Source: Balanoglossus misakiensis
Taxonomy: Eukaryota; Animalia; Hemichordata
Direction of reading: 5' to 3'
DNA length: 64,000 bases
NCBI GenBank assembly: GCA_040954595.2
Contig: CM082594.2
Coordinates: 5,131,319-5,195,318, forward strand
Part shown: positions 1-15,000 of the stretch, piece by piece
Numbering within the stretch: the stretch's first letter is position 1
Layout: the number at the start of each line of letters is the position of its first letter
Notes under the pieces: model-generated
The model's database searches: none
Seen by the model: only the letters and a program-made list of their open reading frames with translations
Told to the model about the DNA's origin: nothing
Translations under genes and position numbers: made by a program

Positions 1-815
1 ATCAAGCCGATGTGTGGATGCTTTCATGTCGCAACACTCGAGTGGCAATATTCCAAAATACCACAGCTGCTAAGTAGCACAGACACTGTGATAAACAACA
101 AATTTACACGTTGTAAATTAACCCAGTTGTCTGACATTGGAGTCCTAATAACCCACTAAACCAACTCGAAAAGAAACTGAACAATCCCGAAAGATTAAAA
201 ACAATTCATTGATTCTAGAAATTTTGTAGGTCACAAACTGAAAGTGCATCGATGTTGTTTGCGACCACAGGCTGGCTTGGAGCCAGACCATGAAGAATGA
301 GGCACTCTGGTGTACAATGACATGGTGTTACGTTTGTCTGGCCCATTGCCAAGATCACGAAAAACCAGCACACGACATCAACAATAACATGGAGGTCAAC
401 TGGTGTCAAACTCATGTCAAGACCCTGCCAAGGTCATTCTTTTATAGTCCACATTCCCCTTTAACAGTCACTGATCAGTAGAATCTCACAGAGGGTCTTT
501 AAAATCGCAACATGTTTCATCGAGTGTCAACATCCAATATGTCAATAATTCATACTATTAATTCAGTACATGTGACATGGGACAGATGATACACTGTACC
601 TATATGTATGCATTAAATAAACCATTAGTTATGTTGGAAAGCCTTCGTCCAAGCTTAATTTTCACTTTTTATGACAATATTCTATCGTTTTTCAACTTCC
701 AGTACAGAATATGGGTGTAATACACAACTGAAGGTCGTACAGACAAATGTATTGATCTGTACAAATCAATTAAGTAGCACAAGGTGATATTACAATCTAC
801 TCTTACAATACTTAC

Positions 816-3800
816 ATGTGTCCTTTCGCCCGCTTTACTCCAGAAGGTCACTTTGACCTTCTGTTTCTTGCCAGTCCTCTGATCAAAGCATTCGCACATG
901 TCGAACGGTGGCGAGTACAAGTGGAGGCTGACACCTGGGTTGACGTGGCTGATATTTTCAACCCGGTGAAGACCATCAGCGTCTGCAAGAGAAATGGAGG
1001 CTTAAATTATAGCAGAGAGACAATTGGCAAGAAATTGTGTCGGGTTATTAACGTTGTCAACCATCTGACAGGCAATTTGCTCATTAATGTGTGTTTCTAG
1101 TTCAGAAACATTACATGTACAATATATAGCTGGTCACATGCTCAGACAGTTTTGACCAAGCACCAGATATTATCTACATCACTGCTTTTAAAGGTACCAG
1201 ACTGATGCCAAGAAATTCCTGGAAACTGACTCAGATCTTTTATCTGAAAAACTGACAAGTTTGGCACCAGATGCCAAAACTGTTAAAACAACACCAGTTA
1301 ATTTGCTGCACATCATGCATTCAATATATCAATGCATACCGCAGATGTAGGCAACTTCATCCCGGTGGTATCTGTTTTTGGCTTTTTCTGTCATCTCGTG
1401 TTCCGGTTCGGATTCGCTCGGCCAGGCATACATAGTCTCTTGCAGTTCCCCATCCAGGATTTTCATGAAACAGTGTGCGTCTGAGTGACTATGAATACCA
1501 CTGTGTATAAAGGCCAAAAAAACAGAAACGCGTGTATTATTGTATATATAGAATTAATTATATGTACATACAGAATTAACAATAAGTCCAAAAAATGTAT
1601 TATTGTATATATAGAAATAATTATACATGTATCTCTGTGTACTGTACACTCTCAAACCAGCTTCTTTCAAATAATAAATCAATTAAGTTATTTTGTACTT
1701 TGACGCACGCACATCTGTCCAGGTGCTTGTGTTTTAAATGCTGCTGAAATTTCCTGATCGTCAGTAAAAAGTAATGTACTGAGAAGTGATACATTATATT
1801 ATAAAAACTCGGAGAGAACGAAAACATGGAAACTAATCCTGGTCATTCAAATCCATACACAAGACTTGAAAAAAAAAAATAATTAAAAAAATTATTTGCT
1901 GTACCTTCCTTGGCCTTCTCCCCAACAGAGGACGATTAAATTAAACTTTCCGTTTCCTTCATCCACTAAATTTCTTGTGTACCTGAAAGATAAAAAAAAA
2001 TTTTGTTTTCATTATTCTTTTTTTGAAGAGGGGTTGAAAAACTATATATACCCAAGAACACTAAACAAAAAATTGTGGGATGAATATACTGATACATACA
2101 TGTATATTTAACTGTTTACTCTATTGTGGTCATCATTACAAATTAACACATGGAATTGCTGACGAAGCAAAAAAGAGATTATCGCGATAGCACGACTGAC
2201 GTCTACTGAAGCGCCAAAGCCAACAAGATGATCAATCAAGCCACCATTATCAGCATACGTGTGGTATCTGCAATTGGGTGTAACCGTGTTGACAGTTTTT
2301 ATTTGAGAACAGACGACATTAACCTATCACACAGTCAGCACAGAAGAGTCGATTGAATGGAACAATTACAAGTACATGTACATGGGTTGAACTGTCATGT
2401 ATATACATGTACAAACTTTCATTAACAGCAGACAGATGCTAATATTTGAGGCAATGTCAAGGGATTGTACATGTTGGGAAAAGTTTGATACATGCTTTCA
2501 CATCTTTCAAAAGAAGTCGTGTATTTACACGTACTACATACATGGCGAAGTGGACAAATAATAATTTTATGAATTTATTACTTTGCAAACAATTATAAGT
2601 GCATTTCGGTGATAAGGGAACAAGTCTTAAGTGATAAAAGTCTATGTAAAACATGTACTATCAAAACAATATCTCATTTTTGATATTTAACTAGTGTCAA
2701 ATCATCTTATTATTTCCAATTTGTCAGATAATGTTCGCAAACACAGGATTTGTAACAGGGACATGGCAAGCCCTCACTGAGAAATAGTTTTGGGCCATCA
2801 CACTTGATTGTACATGTACATGTTTATGCAACTCAGAACTGGCATAAATTCCTACTCTCTATTGAGATAGAAATTAAAAATCGCTGACGTGAACAATGGT
2901 AAAGCTTTTCTAGCATTTTTAACATACCACAAGGGCTAACATGACAATTACTCAGCACTTTGCACACACAAACAATTATTCAACTTGGAGGAATGTACAG
3001 AACAGCAGAATAATGACTCGGGGACTGCCACGTTTTTTTGAGACCATCTGTGTATCAGAGTGCCCCCTCGTGCCAGATGTTCCACTCGCTCACTGTTGAC
3101 ACGAGACGATTATCCTTGTTAGAAATAGATACGTCTGACAACCAGAAATGTCCAGAAATTCTCCCGCTTTTAAAACTTTTACTTGTTAAATACACAGACA
3201 CTCAGTGCTGTATATGACCATGGCAATTAAAAGTGGGTGGTCTTATTTACAAATTCTTTCCTAGTTTTTTTGAAATATTGTTAATCACCTTTAATACCGA
3301 GATAAAACAATGCTGTGATGACCACTACAGTTACCTTGTCTTCCTAGGGGTCATGCCAGGACAGCACAAATTTAACTGTCTGTGATTGACAATGCCACAA
3401 AATCACATGCAGGTAAACACTGTACATGTGATCAGGTGGGATTTTGATAAATTAAAAATCTGAACCACGAACTTGCATTGTGGGCAAATGTTGTGAATGG
3501 GGTCGTGTCAAAGGCTAATGCCCAGCTCCGTTAATGTAGAAGACAACGTTACCCGACCCGCATGTCATTTCAACATGCACTACATTCAGGTACACCAGGC
3601 CAATGTTCACAAGTGCTGTGTAAATGTAAATGTACAGAAACCAGGGTGCCTGGCCTGTCTATCTAACAAGCATGAACTTTCGAATCAGGAGTATTTCTGT
3701 AAATCTTAAGTTCTTTTGCATCAGCAATGGGACCGTAAAATTAATATACAAAAATAATCATGGTTTCTATGGTTACAAGATGGAACATATTTCCCCATGA

Positions 3801-6474
3801 AAAGACTGGTTTCACACTTAAATTTCATCCTAAGACAAATTATAGTGTATTCATTTTCTTCACTGTTTGTGCAAAATATTTATGTTGATGAATTTTTGAT
3901 ATCTGGATGGCACGATGTCCCTTGATAAATTTGCAAAAAATGTATATTTCACAGACCAGGTACACATGTATCACAGAATAAAATTATTTGCAAGTTTACT
4001 CCGATCAGCTCCGATCACAAATACATGACCCGCATCGGAAGGGAAATATCAACAAAATATGTCTTTGCGAATGGTGTATGCTTGGCAAATTCCCCAGTCT
4101 ACTAAAGCGTGGGGATTTTCCATTAAATTTTACCGCACGGCCCTACAAAACATGTCGGTGTTGTGTGGAACTACCACGTACCAGATTGCGCCATGTGGGA
4201 CTTTCCATTTTAATGACATTCTGATCATCCATTTCTTGGACATATAGCTCCGTATTATAACATGAACAAAACATGCACCCTCTCCAGTAAGTTTTCAAAT
4301 AAACGTAGGCGATTTTAAGATTGGGATCTAATACGATTTGTTCACAACATGTACCGCCGAGCGATAGACTACCGGGTATGTGTACATATGCGCAGGCGTC
4401 TACAATCTCGCCGGTAGCGGTTGTGTGTGTATCGCTAACCTTGAGGTGTTTTGAGTGACTGCGAATAAATAAAATCACACAAAGCCTTGAAGGCAACAAA
4501 AAATAATTCTTGAGTTTTTACCTGTGAGGGTCAAATTTTGCAAAACGTGCCCAATCGTTCTCGTTGCTCGTATAATTTGTCATCACGCCGCGAACTTCCT
4601 CAACGTTGATCATGTCCGACTCGAAGATCGTCGTCAACGTTTGCACGAGTTCGTCAAGGCAAGATGGCTCCTTGTAATACGGTTTTTCTCGGCGATCGTT
4701 CATTTTTGAACATAGATGGGGAAACCTCCGTTATTAGAATCGACAGGGACGCACGATGTCGGCCACGCACATCAGATGTAAAGGGCGATTGCACCAGAAT
4801 CGGGAGTGTGAACGTAAAGTAGGGCGCGAACCAATGTCTATTTCAGGTCTGTGAGTACGCGTGAAGTGAATGAATCGTCGTTTCTATACGTCATAGATCA
4901 CATGACAAAATATTCGCCATTAATTGGTTGCGGAGGGGGCGCGCCGATCTTATCAATTTTGATATATACATATCATGTACTATGTGCATACATGATTTTT
5001 TAAATATCAATATGTAACGTGACTAACCATTTATGCCATATTTGACTGACAAAAGGTGTAATGAATGTAAATTTAAAGCTACAATACAAATTAAATCTGC
5101 GGTTGTCGCATTAGTTCGTATTGTTCATGCTGTGGAATCTTTTTTGTATCCTTCAGAAATTTGTTTATTCAATATGCTTTAACTTGCTGATAGGCAACCT
5201 ACTTTTAGAAAAATTCAACATACATGTACTATTATTAGTTTTAAAAGTATTATGCACCGTACGTACATGTAATACCTAAAAAGTTCCGTCGGCTGGAGGA
5301 AGGAGCGATAGAGGGCGCACTTAGAGATGGATATCTACTCCGTACTGAAACGTTTGCTAGAAAAAATCTTTCACGTCAACGATGGTATTACATTAACACA
5401 TGCAGTGAGTGTCATGTGTATCGCTGAACATCGCGTTGATTTTAAAATGACTGTACAGTGTCAGACGTAAGTGTACTTTCGATTCGACACGGGAACGACA
5501 GGATGGAATCGCACTTATAACATTAACTTCTATTTTACTCAAACATATCGTTGACCTAAAATGCAGATTACAAATATCAAAAGTTCGGTCTTTCGTTTGT
5601 ACTATTCTCGGAAATATTACTCACTTGTACGTGACTGCTGTATAATAATGATCGGAATACATGACGTCATTGACAAAACCGTAACAGTTTGAGTGTGTCA
5701 GTCACGGGTCACAGTCGTGAGGGACTGAGACTGAATGGCGTACTGACCACTTTTCTGAACACTTAGTCTACGCGCTGAAAACTACTTCTGAAGAAGTAAA
5801 AAGTAAGTTCTGACGAGGTTTATACTGAAAAATTCTCACACTTTCTTTTTCTCTTGTTAACACTGCGCAACGACATTCGCCCAATTTTTCGCCTCGTAGA
5901 GACGTCAACATTACATCAGGGAAAGTGGAGAAGTAAAAAGGCAAATGTTGACGTCGACGAAATACCTGAAAACAGATCAACCCTTTGAAAGCCACATTTT
6001 CTCTGTCAAAAATGATTTGTAACATTTTAAACATTTTCACCCATTTTTATCTAATTTTCTTGTTAATTTTAGACCAAATGAACATAGATTTCCACTGTCT
6101 GCAGGTCTTGGTCAAAATTGTTGAAAAATGTGGGAAAAAGTTATCATGGGTGTTTTCTAATTTTTGAAAGATGGCGACAAGTTCACTACAGCAATGAGAG
6201 CTGGTTAAACACAAGCCGGACACAGAAAACGAAAATAAGAGCAGAGAATCTCAAAAATCACGTCCAGCGAACGAACAAAGGAGCTGCAGACCACTTACGT
6301 GTGGGGGTCGAACAATGAATATTTCTTCCAGTCCTCGTCGTTGCTCTTGTAGTTGCGCATCAGCTCTTTCACTTCTTCGACGCTGATCTTGTCGGACTGG
6401 AAGATTGTGGCCAGAGACTCGCGCAGCTCAACCAAGCTGGCTGGCGTGCGGTTGTACTTTGCGACAGAACTCAT
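816..6474 (-). CDS. CDO1: Cysteine dioxygenase type 1, isoform using distal first exon 1a; short terminal exon not located
   Basis: Exons 6474-6299 ([14 protein letters not shown]...FDPH, donor AC|gtaagt), 1982-1905 ([25 protein letters not shown]), 1500-1340 ([22 protein letters not shown]), 982-816 (GLHRVEN...[11 protein letters not shown]...KVTFWSK). All GT-AG and in frame. The 3-His iron site, the Cys and Tyr of the crosslink and the substrate Arg (YTRN) are present. Donor CAT|gtaagt at 815 implies one more small exon. Confidence 0.95.
4522..4703 (-). CDS. CDO1: CDO1 alternative proximal first exon 1b ([23 protein letters not shown]...[11 protein letters not shown])
   Basis: Homologous to exon 1a ([12 protein letters not shown] vs [12 protein letters not shown]; FDPH in both). 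Own ATG; phase-2 donor AG|gtaaaa is compatible with the shared exon 2 at 1982. Confidence 0.9.
4860..4930 (-). promoter_or_regulatory. Putative core promoter of CDO1 exon 1b
   Basis: Minus strand: CCAAT (~4925), E-box TCATGTGA (~4898-4905), TGACG directly followed by TATAGAAA (~4881-4893), pyrimidine-rich Inr-like TCATTCAC (~4866-4873). Confidence 0.45.
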
Positions 6475-6534
6475 CTTCGAACTTTCGAGAGGGTCGGTGC
6501 TTCTTCTCTTCACGATTGTGGTTCAGAGTGAAAC

Positions 6535-6602
6535 TGTCTGAATACTGGGGCAACAATAGGTTCCCGTCCTATATATGCTCATTTTTATCAAATTCACGTG
6601 AT
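6535..6602 (-). promoter_or_regulatory. Putative core promoter of CDO1 exon 1a
   Basis: E-box TCACGTGA (6594-6601), TATATA (~6570-6575), Inr-like CCAGT about 25-30 nt downstream, ~70 nt before the ATG at 6474. Confidence 0.5.
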
Positions 6603-9600
6603 AATGCGGATTATTGTCATTGGTCGATCAGAAGCCCGCGGTCGAAACACCATTGGACGATTTTTAATTTTCCACTTTGAGCCTTACAAGGAAGCGTTTC
6701 ATTTGGCTCGATCGCCTATGAGTTTCATTTTACGGAGAGAATTCATACTTTCATTTCACCGGAATCAAGTCGTCAGATCTATACATAATCTTGCATAATT
6801 GCCGTCGCCACAACAACACCTGCAAATAAATGTGACCTCAACAAACCCGTCCAACCGATTTATTACATCATGCGACATGGGTACGGGTTAAGAATGAGCA
6901 ATGACAACATGTCATTTAGCTATGTTTCAGCGAGTAAAACATTTATAAACAACCCACCAAAAGAAAACGAAATGATCAATATAATGTCACAAGTTACAGC
7001 GACTTTGTCCCTTTTAGAAAAAGCTCGGGAATGTGCCACTATCTTCAAACATGACATGTTCAGTATGTAGTCCTTCATCTGGTATGTGACTTTGGAAAGG
7101 AGTGCAAAATATTCGGTGGGTGGAAAGAGAAAATGAAACAAATTTTTCGCAAAATTACGTGCAGTTGCCTTTAGAAGGAGGAAATGTCATCATGGTCATG
7201 TCACGATTGTACCACGAGTTGTCGACTCTGGATAAGTTTATTTTTTTCTAGCATTTTCCTTGTTTAGACGCTTCGTTGTTTTTTCATATTGTTCTAAGTT
7301 TCCATTATCTGTTCTGCTGTTACCTCGAACAAGGCAAGTTGCGTGTTGCCCAACTAAACTGGTGTTTTATCAATAAAGTCTGAAGTTTGACCTCCTAGTC
7401 GCAGCCGCCTTTTTGGATCCCATTCCTTATTTTACAGTGAAATAATCGACCAGAAGTAGATTTAGGCCTACTCGGCCTTCCATCCCAGTTACCGTGGCAA
7501 CAACTTGTAAACATAACGTGCACGTAGGCCCGTGCGTGGAATTATGCAATCATCTACTGGGAGTGGTCTACTCAAAACTTAAAATATTGTCATTTGCCAA
7601 AATGGCGTCTCAGTAAGTTAGACACTGTGAAAAATTCTTCTATATTTTCGCTTTCGTTTCATTTCATCTGTTGTTTCGTTTCGTCATCACAAGAGGGATT
7701 AACAAAGGCGACACTTATCCACTGTCGAAAAAAAAACATTTCACTTTTCAAACGATTACGCATTAAATTGTGCGGCACAAAATAAGAACAAAGCAAATCA
7801 GGTCACGCTTCCCCCGTTCACCAATCATACTACTCCCGTCACAAATAATCTCACATTATAAAATTGTTTTAAATTTTAACAGAAGCTAAGCATTCTTTAC
7901 TCACTCCGTCATTTGACAATAGCTGAATGTGCACACATTCTTGTACAGCGACCACAATCCAAAAATATATCAAATACCTAACACAATGAATTGGCATAAT
8001 TGATCATCGTGAAGTACTTCCAAAAATCTAATAATACCCTATAGTCATTTCTTGTGTTCGTTATTTTAGGGCATATAGTAGACACAACTAAGCGATATAT
8101 TTCTGTCTCTTGCCAATTGCAACAACGCTGGACATTATGATATATTTAGAATCCGTAACTGAAAATTAAACTGTACACTAATGAGACGGGGGAAACAAAT
8201 GACACTGCGCAAGAGTTATATGGTTCATATGTGTCATGCCAGTGCATCGCTGACATTGCAACACGAGCAAGATGGTATTTTGAGAGAACAATGACATATT
8301 TTGAAGCTTACTTGCACGGCAGAAAAAAACACTCTCCACTTTCGTTTCATAGACGTTTTGGAAGATGTCCAAAATTGAGTCGTTTCTGGTCACGGCAAGC
8401 ATCACTTTAAAAGCCCCCTTGTCGACCTTATTTTCAGTAGTTCTATCAATATATAATGCGTTGCTTTGATTAATTTTTTTTTTTTTTGGGGGGGGGGGGG
8501 GACAACGACCCGGCCAGAAATTATCGTATCATGTTTTTTTTGTCTAACCATTCATTTCCTTATACATGTACATGGATAATATGCATTAAAGTTATGTAGC
8601 ACTCTTTGATCAACAGTTGAAATTACCGCATGAGCTTTCGGGAACATGTAGTCCCCTTCTTCAGATGCACTCGTGGAATGAACAGAGAAACAGAGAATCA
8701 TGGGGTATTCAAAGTAGAAAATATGTGCAGGACCAGGTGGCTCGGAAAACAAAAGAAGAGTTGAGTGTGAAAATTGAACAATGGAAATGTTAATGGGTGC
8801 AAATGTGTTGATGTACATGTATGTAAAACCTCACCAGTAGCTGCGCTATCTTATTCCGCATACTGGAGCCCTACTCGTAGCTGGGTCCCGAGATCGGGTT
8901 ATTGCCCTAAGACATTGCTTGCAGGTGCACGACACGAACCGTACAGTCGCTGACCTGGTCGCTTACAAACCACAAGGGTAGGTAAGAAAGCGCAGTGAGG
9001 AATTGAAAACGGCCAGTTGGCCACCAAAAACTAAAAGTTGAACATTAAAATTCCACACAGCAGTTGACCACTGAATCTCACAGGTGACTGAAACAAACGA
9101 GGGACCACCAAAATATAATCAAATGGTCGCATGAGGGCGCTGTGGGCTGAACCTTATTGCGCCCCGTAACTACATTTCTAAGAAGATCTGTGTGAAATTT
9201 CTTGCATAAATTCCATTTCATTTGGAAGGAAATCTATTTTTTTGTAATCAACGTGATCAAGAATGATTCAATTATATTCCAAATGAAATGGACTTTGCGG
9301 AAGAAATATCAGACAGAGAAAATGGAAAATGTGTTTTAACATGTACATTCAATAAAAACATGTTAGTGCGAAAAGAAGGTGCGCAACACCACCAAAAATA
9401 ATACAGTGGGGTTGCTAGGTGACAATGGAAAAAGACTGATGGATAAGAATATCGCAACAAACTACACTATAACCTTACACCCAATCACCATCGTTCAGTT
9501 TATGTGAGTGACTTCAAGGGGACGGACGCTAGTTAATACATCACAATTCCCAGCAAGGGGTATAGGGTCTTATTTGGTGGCATGAGTGAGGCTAGACCGT

Positions 9601-12059
9601 AGACGTTAGTTTTGGACGCAAAGCGGACAAAATACGGTTTTTTCATATTTTGCGCGCTTAGCACGGTCGTTCACACACAGGACTTCATACAGCAGGTGAG
9701 TAAAACTAAAAAAAAAAAATACAACTTAATAATGGGATCAGTACTTTCCGGAGCTAAGACGCTTTTCTTTCAGATGTCTAGGCTAAACCACGGTCAATGA
9801 CCGTGGCTGAACGATAGACGACAGGCATGACATACTAGTATTACCCCCCCCCCCCAAGGTAATAATGGAGGATGACTGGTTAACAAGTGCATTCACGTAA
9901 ACTTCTGGTGTTACTCAAAGCATAGCTGCTCAAAAGATCTGTTACATAAACCATAGACAGTAGCCTGAGACAGTACAGTCTATGCATAAACAGAACCACT
10001 CAAGTGAGACTTCGAATACAAAGGGGAAATCCACCATCATAAGGGGTGCCTGGTGCGGCATCATTTGGTATCCGAGGGGAGGGGAGGGGAGGGGAGGGGG
10101 AGATGTTGCCAGCCGAATGTGAACTTTCGAAAGAAGTGTTTGCATTTGCAGGAAAACACTCAGACAGAAATTTGCTTCTGGGGCTACCCCATACAAAGGC
10201 ATTTTTCCAAAGCAAGTATCCTTGGAGCGATTCACGCGTCATGTCGATTTGTTTCATGCAAATACCAGCACCACATATTTTGTGTCTGGGTCACTGAACA
10301 GGGAGATAAAAACAACGCCTTTTCCTGTCAACTGTAACATCAGAATGTACACATTCGATTGCGGTGCACTGCAGCAATTGAACTAGTCTACAAACGTTAA
10401 AGAGGAAGTACAGTCCAGCTGATTTCCACACATGTGCTATGATTTTTACGTCTTGCACCCCCCCCCCCCTGTTCAGAGACGCTGAGTCAAAGCTTGTATT
10501 ATGTGTACCTGCATAGACACAGTCAGGTCTGTTATGCTTGGTTAAGTTTTCATGTAACCCATAACAAGAGTCCCAAGATAAGAATAAACCTGCTACGCAT
10601 CGACATAAATTTACATTTACGTTAAAGGGGTACAGCGCACTAACCTAAACGCTAGTAATTTTCCACTCGCGTGGTATAAACAGCGATGACGGTAAACTCG
10701 GACAAGTAAGATCATGTCACGGTGTCCTGGTCGTGGAAATATCACGTGACCACAGGGATACGTCTGAATGAAGCCTCCGATTGTCATTTAAATGTTTTGA
10801 GGTACAAAAAGAGGTGACTACGACACCCGGGTCTATTTTAGATGCTAACTTTTCCGCCGGGGCAATTGACAACGCTGGAGAAACATTTAGGTCGGTGAGT
10901 AACACTTTTAGTTTCCGAAGCTCCCTGCCAGTCGACCTAAAAAAGGCGCGCGGAGGGGGGGAGGGGGGAGGGGGGAAGTGAGTTGCAAGTCCAAGTCGAA
11001 TATTGTGAATGTGGGTGTGGCAATGTCTTGTCTAACGAATGGGTGTTTCTGGACTATCGCCAACCTTCTCCGAGTCAACATATGGGGTCGAAACCCCGGC
11101 TGTCTGGAACCCAGAAACAAGTTTTTTTTGTCTATTTTGGCGAGGATGTACGATCTGCCTGAAGTTTGCAACCGTGGCCGAGTGTTATTTTTTCACCCGG
11201 CAACAGCCCGGAAAATTTCCTAAAACCCCATCGGGTATAAAGGTCATGCATAGACAAGTACTGAATGCGACAGTAGAATTACCGCACAATGATGAAATTG
11301 ACATCATGACATTGCCACGACCGCGTGTAAAGTGGGTTACTTTACTTGCACTCTGTGGTAAAGACCGTGTGTGTGGGGGGTGGGGGTGGGGGTGGGGGAG
11401 GGGGGTATTAGTTTAGATCTCGTTCCTACCCCTGGTCCTGGTAGGGAGGTAGACCCCCTATATCATGACGAAGTTTTCGCTACTACCCTCGGCGAGGGTT
11501 ACTAGTATTTCAAAGTCACGGTATCATTGAACTTTTTCTAGACCGCCTCGAGCCTTGGAACGTATCCAGAAAAGACAACTGCCATTGAATTAGTCTCCCT
11601 TCTGAACAAAACAGGGACGAGCCAATGATTTGGTGGGTGGGGGCCACGTGACGCAAAATAAAAGAGGTCGTGCTGATAAGATAATAGGGGTCGGTTTTGC
11701 CAGGTTTTACTGTATATGCTTTAGAATATCATTGAATGCCAGACTATCATAAAAAAAACTGAACCAGGTTGCACAACAATTCAATCTGCCGCCATACACC
11801 ACCACTCACTCAGTACAAAGTTAACGTCTACAGTAAAATGACCCAGAAGTTACAAATACTGTAACAGTTGTTTCATGTAACCACCGAGTACTTTGGATTG
11901 AATAAGACTGCCCGACACAACAACCCCCCAGAGTACTGTTCCTGCATATCATTAGCTCTTGTCTTTCTAATTAACAGAAACTGCAAAGTTAACTGCCCAC
12001 GCTTTTTTTTTGAAAATAAAATAATTGCTGGGAAGAAGCAGTATAGAAGTGAGCCGGCA

Positions 12060-15000
12060 ATGGAGACCAATCAGTGCGAGAACGGACATTCGTATTCTGC
12101 TCATTACTTCGACGAAATCGGGTATCTGGACGACAAAACCGTCACTGCGTTCAATGTCGGCGGGGCGGGAATTCCGGAGCTGAGAAAGGCCGCGGAGATT
12201 ATGAAGACAGCGTCCAACGAAAGACTGGTGAGACGAAGTTTACAATGACTACATTTGGTGTTATGGTGTATCACTTGCAAACTATTCAAATGTGTCCCTT
12301 CTTTGCTAATAGAAGTCTTGACCTATTTCTGCTTATTGATGGCTTTGGTGGCCGGGAAGTTCATCTCTCAGGACATGTGGCGGAAAACCTAGTGCTATAT
12401 CCTTATATTGGGAACTTGTTCAAAATAAACTACAGTTTGATCAGAGAAACTGTATGCATTTTATATAACTTTAATACTCATGTTTTTATCAATGCAATCT
12501 GACGCGAGTGTCGACTAAAACTATAATGTTCTTCATGATCAAGTGATATGTCCTTATGTGAATTTTGACACTTCTATTTCGAACCTGTCTTATCGTATTT
12601 TCTATTACAGACGTACGAGTCCAGCAACGAGGCCAGCCTAATGCAATACGGGTTCACCATGGGCGATTCCGACTTCCTCCACAACCTGGCCGAGTTCCTG
12701 TCGCTCGAGTACGTGGAGCCCGTTCACAGGTAAGCTGAAATAAATAGCGCCGATGGCACTGAAGCTACTGATCTGTGCGCGGAATTTTACAACAAGCAGT
12801 ATCTTCTTCCAGAAGATGTATAGCGCTATCATTGCTATGGTGACTTTGATGGGCAAATAAAACTATCGTCCATCCCCTATCTATACAGTTTTAAGTTTTT
12901 TTTTTCTCAAAACCATTTTCCATTGATGCTGATATGGGTGTAGCTACAGACAGTAGTTCGACAGACAGACAGACAGACAGACAGACCACCAACTTTCAAT
13001 GACTGTGTCGCTGAAACTTTTTGCTCCACTTCTTCCGACCACTGCAGTAATGATTTAATCGCCACATCCGGCGCTTCGCATGGGATTAGTACTCTAGGGT
13101 GTCTGGCGCTGCAAAGGGGCGACTTCGTCTTCTTGGCAGACGTCACATTCTTCGCAGCCATAGATATACTCGAGAAGGACCTCGGCATGTCACTGGTTAA
13201 AGGTAAGTTCGGGTCTTCGTAGACAGTCGCGCCGGCACGGGGCCAGTTTGCGTGAGGCATATTTCCTACTCTACAGTCACGATGGTTTTAATCGAACACT
13301 GCAAGACAGGTCGCGGACAGAAAGCAACCTTTCTCATCTTATTGAACTCGTCGGCACTGCACTCGAAGGTGTATGCGAACCACTGTAAGCGCATATGATA
13401 TCAAACCGACGTGAGAATGTAATAACAGGTTGCTATTTGCATTGCATTGTTTTTATTGTGTGAAATCCTTTTCTTTGGAACAGTGAGGCATTAATAAAAG
13501 TCCATTCACTTGCAGTTCCAATTGACGAAAACGGCATCGACGTGGACGCGCTGGACATCTTGCTCACTACCTATCGACCTCGTTCAAGGCGCCAAATATC
13601 GGAGGAGAAACCTTTCTGGGCAGCCGTGTATGTCATCCCGTGCTTCCAAAATCCGACAGGGAGAGTTCTCGGCGAAGGTTAGTATGTGTGTATGACGTCA
13701 TCGAAGCTGGTGATACTGATAAGACACATTCATCGGGGGGGGGGGGAGATTCTCATAGAAACGAAACCATCTTACAGTATCACCGCCAAAACTGTGTTTA
13801 CTGGAACACCAAAGGTCCGATATTGAGAAAACTGCTGTGACTGTTGTTATGCAACACTTCAGTCGCTTATTTGAGAGTAAGTACAGTCACACACCAGCAT
13901 CACACTGCAACAAAGAATTCTTATATTTTCCGCACTGGGCCAATTATTGGAATTGTGATGACGCGTTCCATCTCCTGCTTTTGGGGGGATTGGCCAACAC
14001 AGAACATGGAAAGTCGCTATGTAAATACTAAGTAAATACTGCCTATTTACCAAAACACGCAAAAACACTTTGACATCACATGTATCTCTCTGTCTTACAG
14101 AACGCAGCCGAAAGCTCATCGAAGTTGCCAGAAAGCACGATGTCTTGGTTATCAGCGACGATGTGTACAATCTACTCTCTTACATGACACCGACAGATCG
14201 CGCCCTCAGCGATCGCGAGTTTGTCTGCCCGAAAAGACTGTTTGCTTACGACGACAAAAATGATTCCAACTACAAAGGAAACGTTGTCTCTGTTTGCTCC
14301 TTCTCCAAGATTTTTGCGCCCGGTCTTCGACTTGGGTGGTACGAACTTCCGCCTCGAGTGCACAGCATTGTCAGAGATAGGTAATTAGTTTCAATGGACC
14401 ATTTTGCGAATTCCACGAGAGGCTGTGAGTCTTGTAGTGGGTGGTGTGGTGTGGTGTGGTGTAGCGTATTGTGTCGCACCGACTCGTCTCATATAAGAAC
14501 ATTTAGTTGTTTGCCAGAGAAAGGTATACCCTCATTCTTAATTTACATATGCTCATTTGTGGTAAAAATGACGAGTCTAAGTCACCGAATGGTCGTTGGT
14601 GGCATTTTATTTTACATGTGATCATCCCACGAAAACAATGACTGATTTCAATAGACCATTTTCCGAGCTCAACGAGACGTTATGAGTCTTGTAGTGGGTG
14701 TTGCGTTGTGCTGTGATGTGGTGTGGTGTGGTGAGGTATGGTGTAGTGTGGTGTGGTGTGGTGTGGTGTCGCACCGACTCGTTTCATAACAGAAATTTAG
14801 CGTTGTTATTGGCCAGGGAAAGTGATACCTCCACGCTTAATTTGCATATGCCCATATGTGGTCAAAAGTGTGAGTCTAAGTCGTCGCATGGTCGTTGGTG
14901 GCAATTTTTTTTACACGTGATCACCCCACCCAAACAAGCGAAGGTATTGTGGTTATCAAAATGACAGGTATTGTCTCAGAGTTCTACAAAGAAAGCAAGT

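Noticed and set aside
556-600. Candidate terminal CDO1 exon (VQCIICPMSHVLN*)
   Set aside because: Weak acceptor and no recognisable homology; left unassigned.
11485-11506. Hairpin ACCCTCGGCGAGGGT followed by CTAG as a Helitron 3' end
   Set aside because: Spacing to CTAG is too short and no 5' end or second copy is visible.
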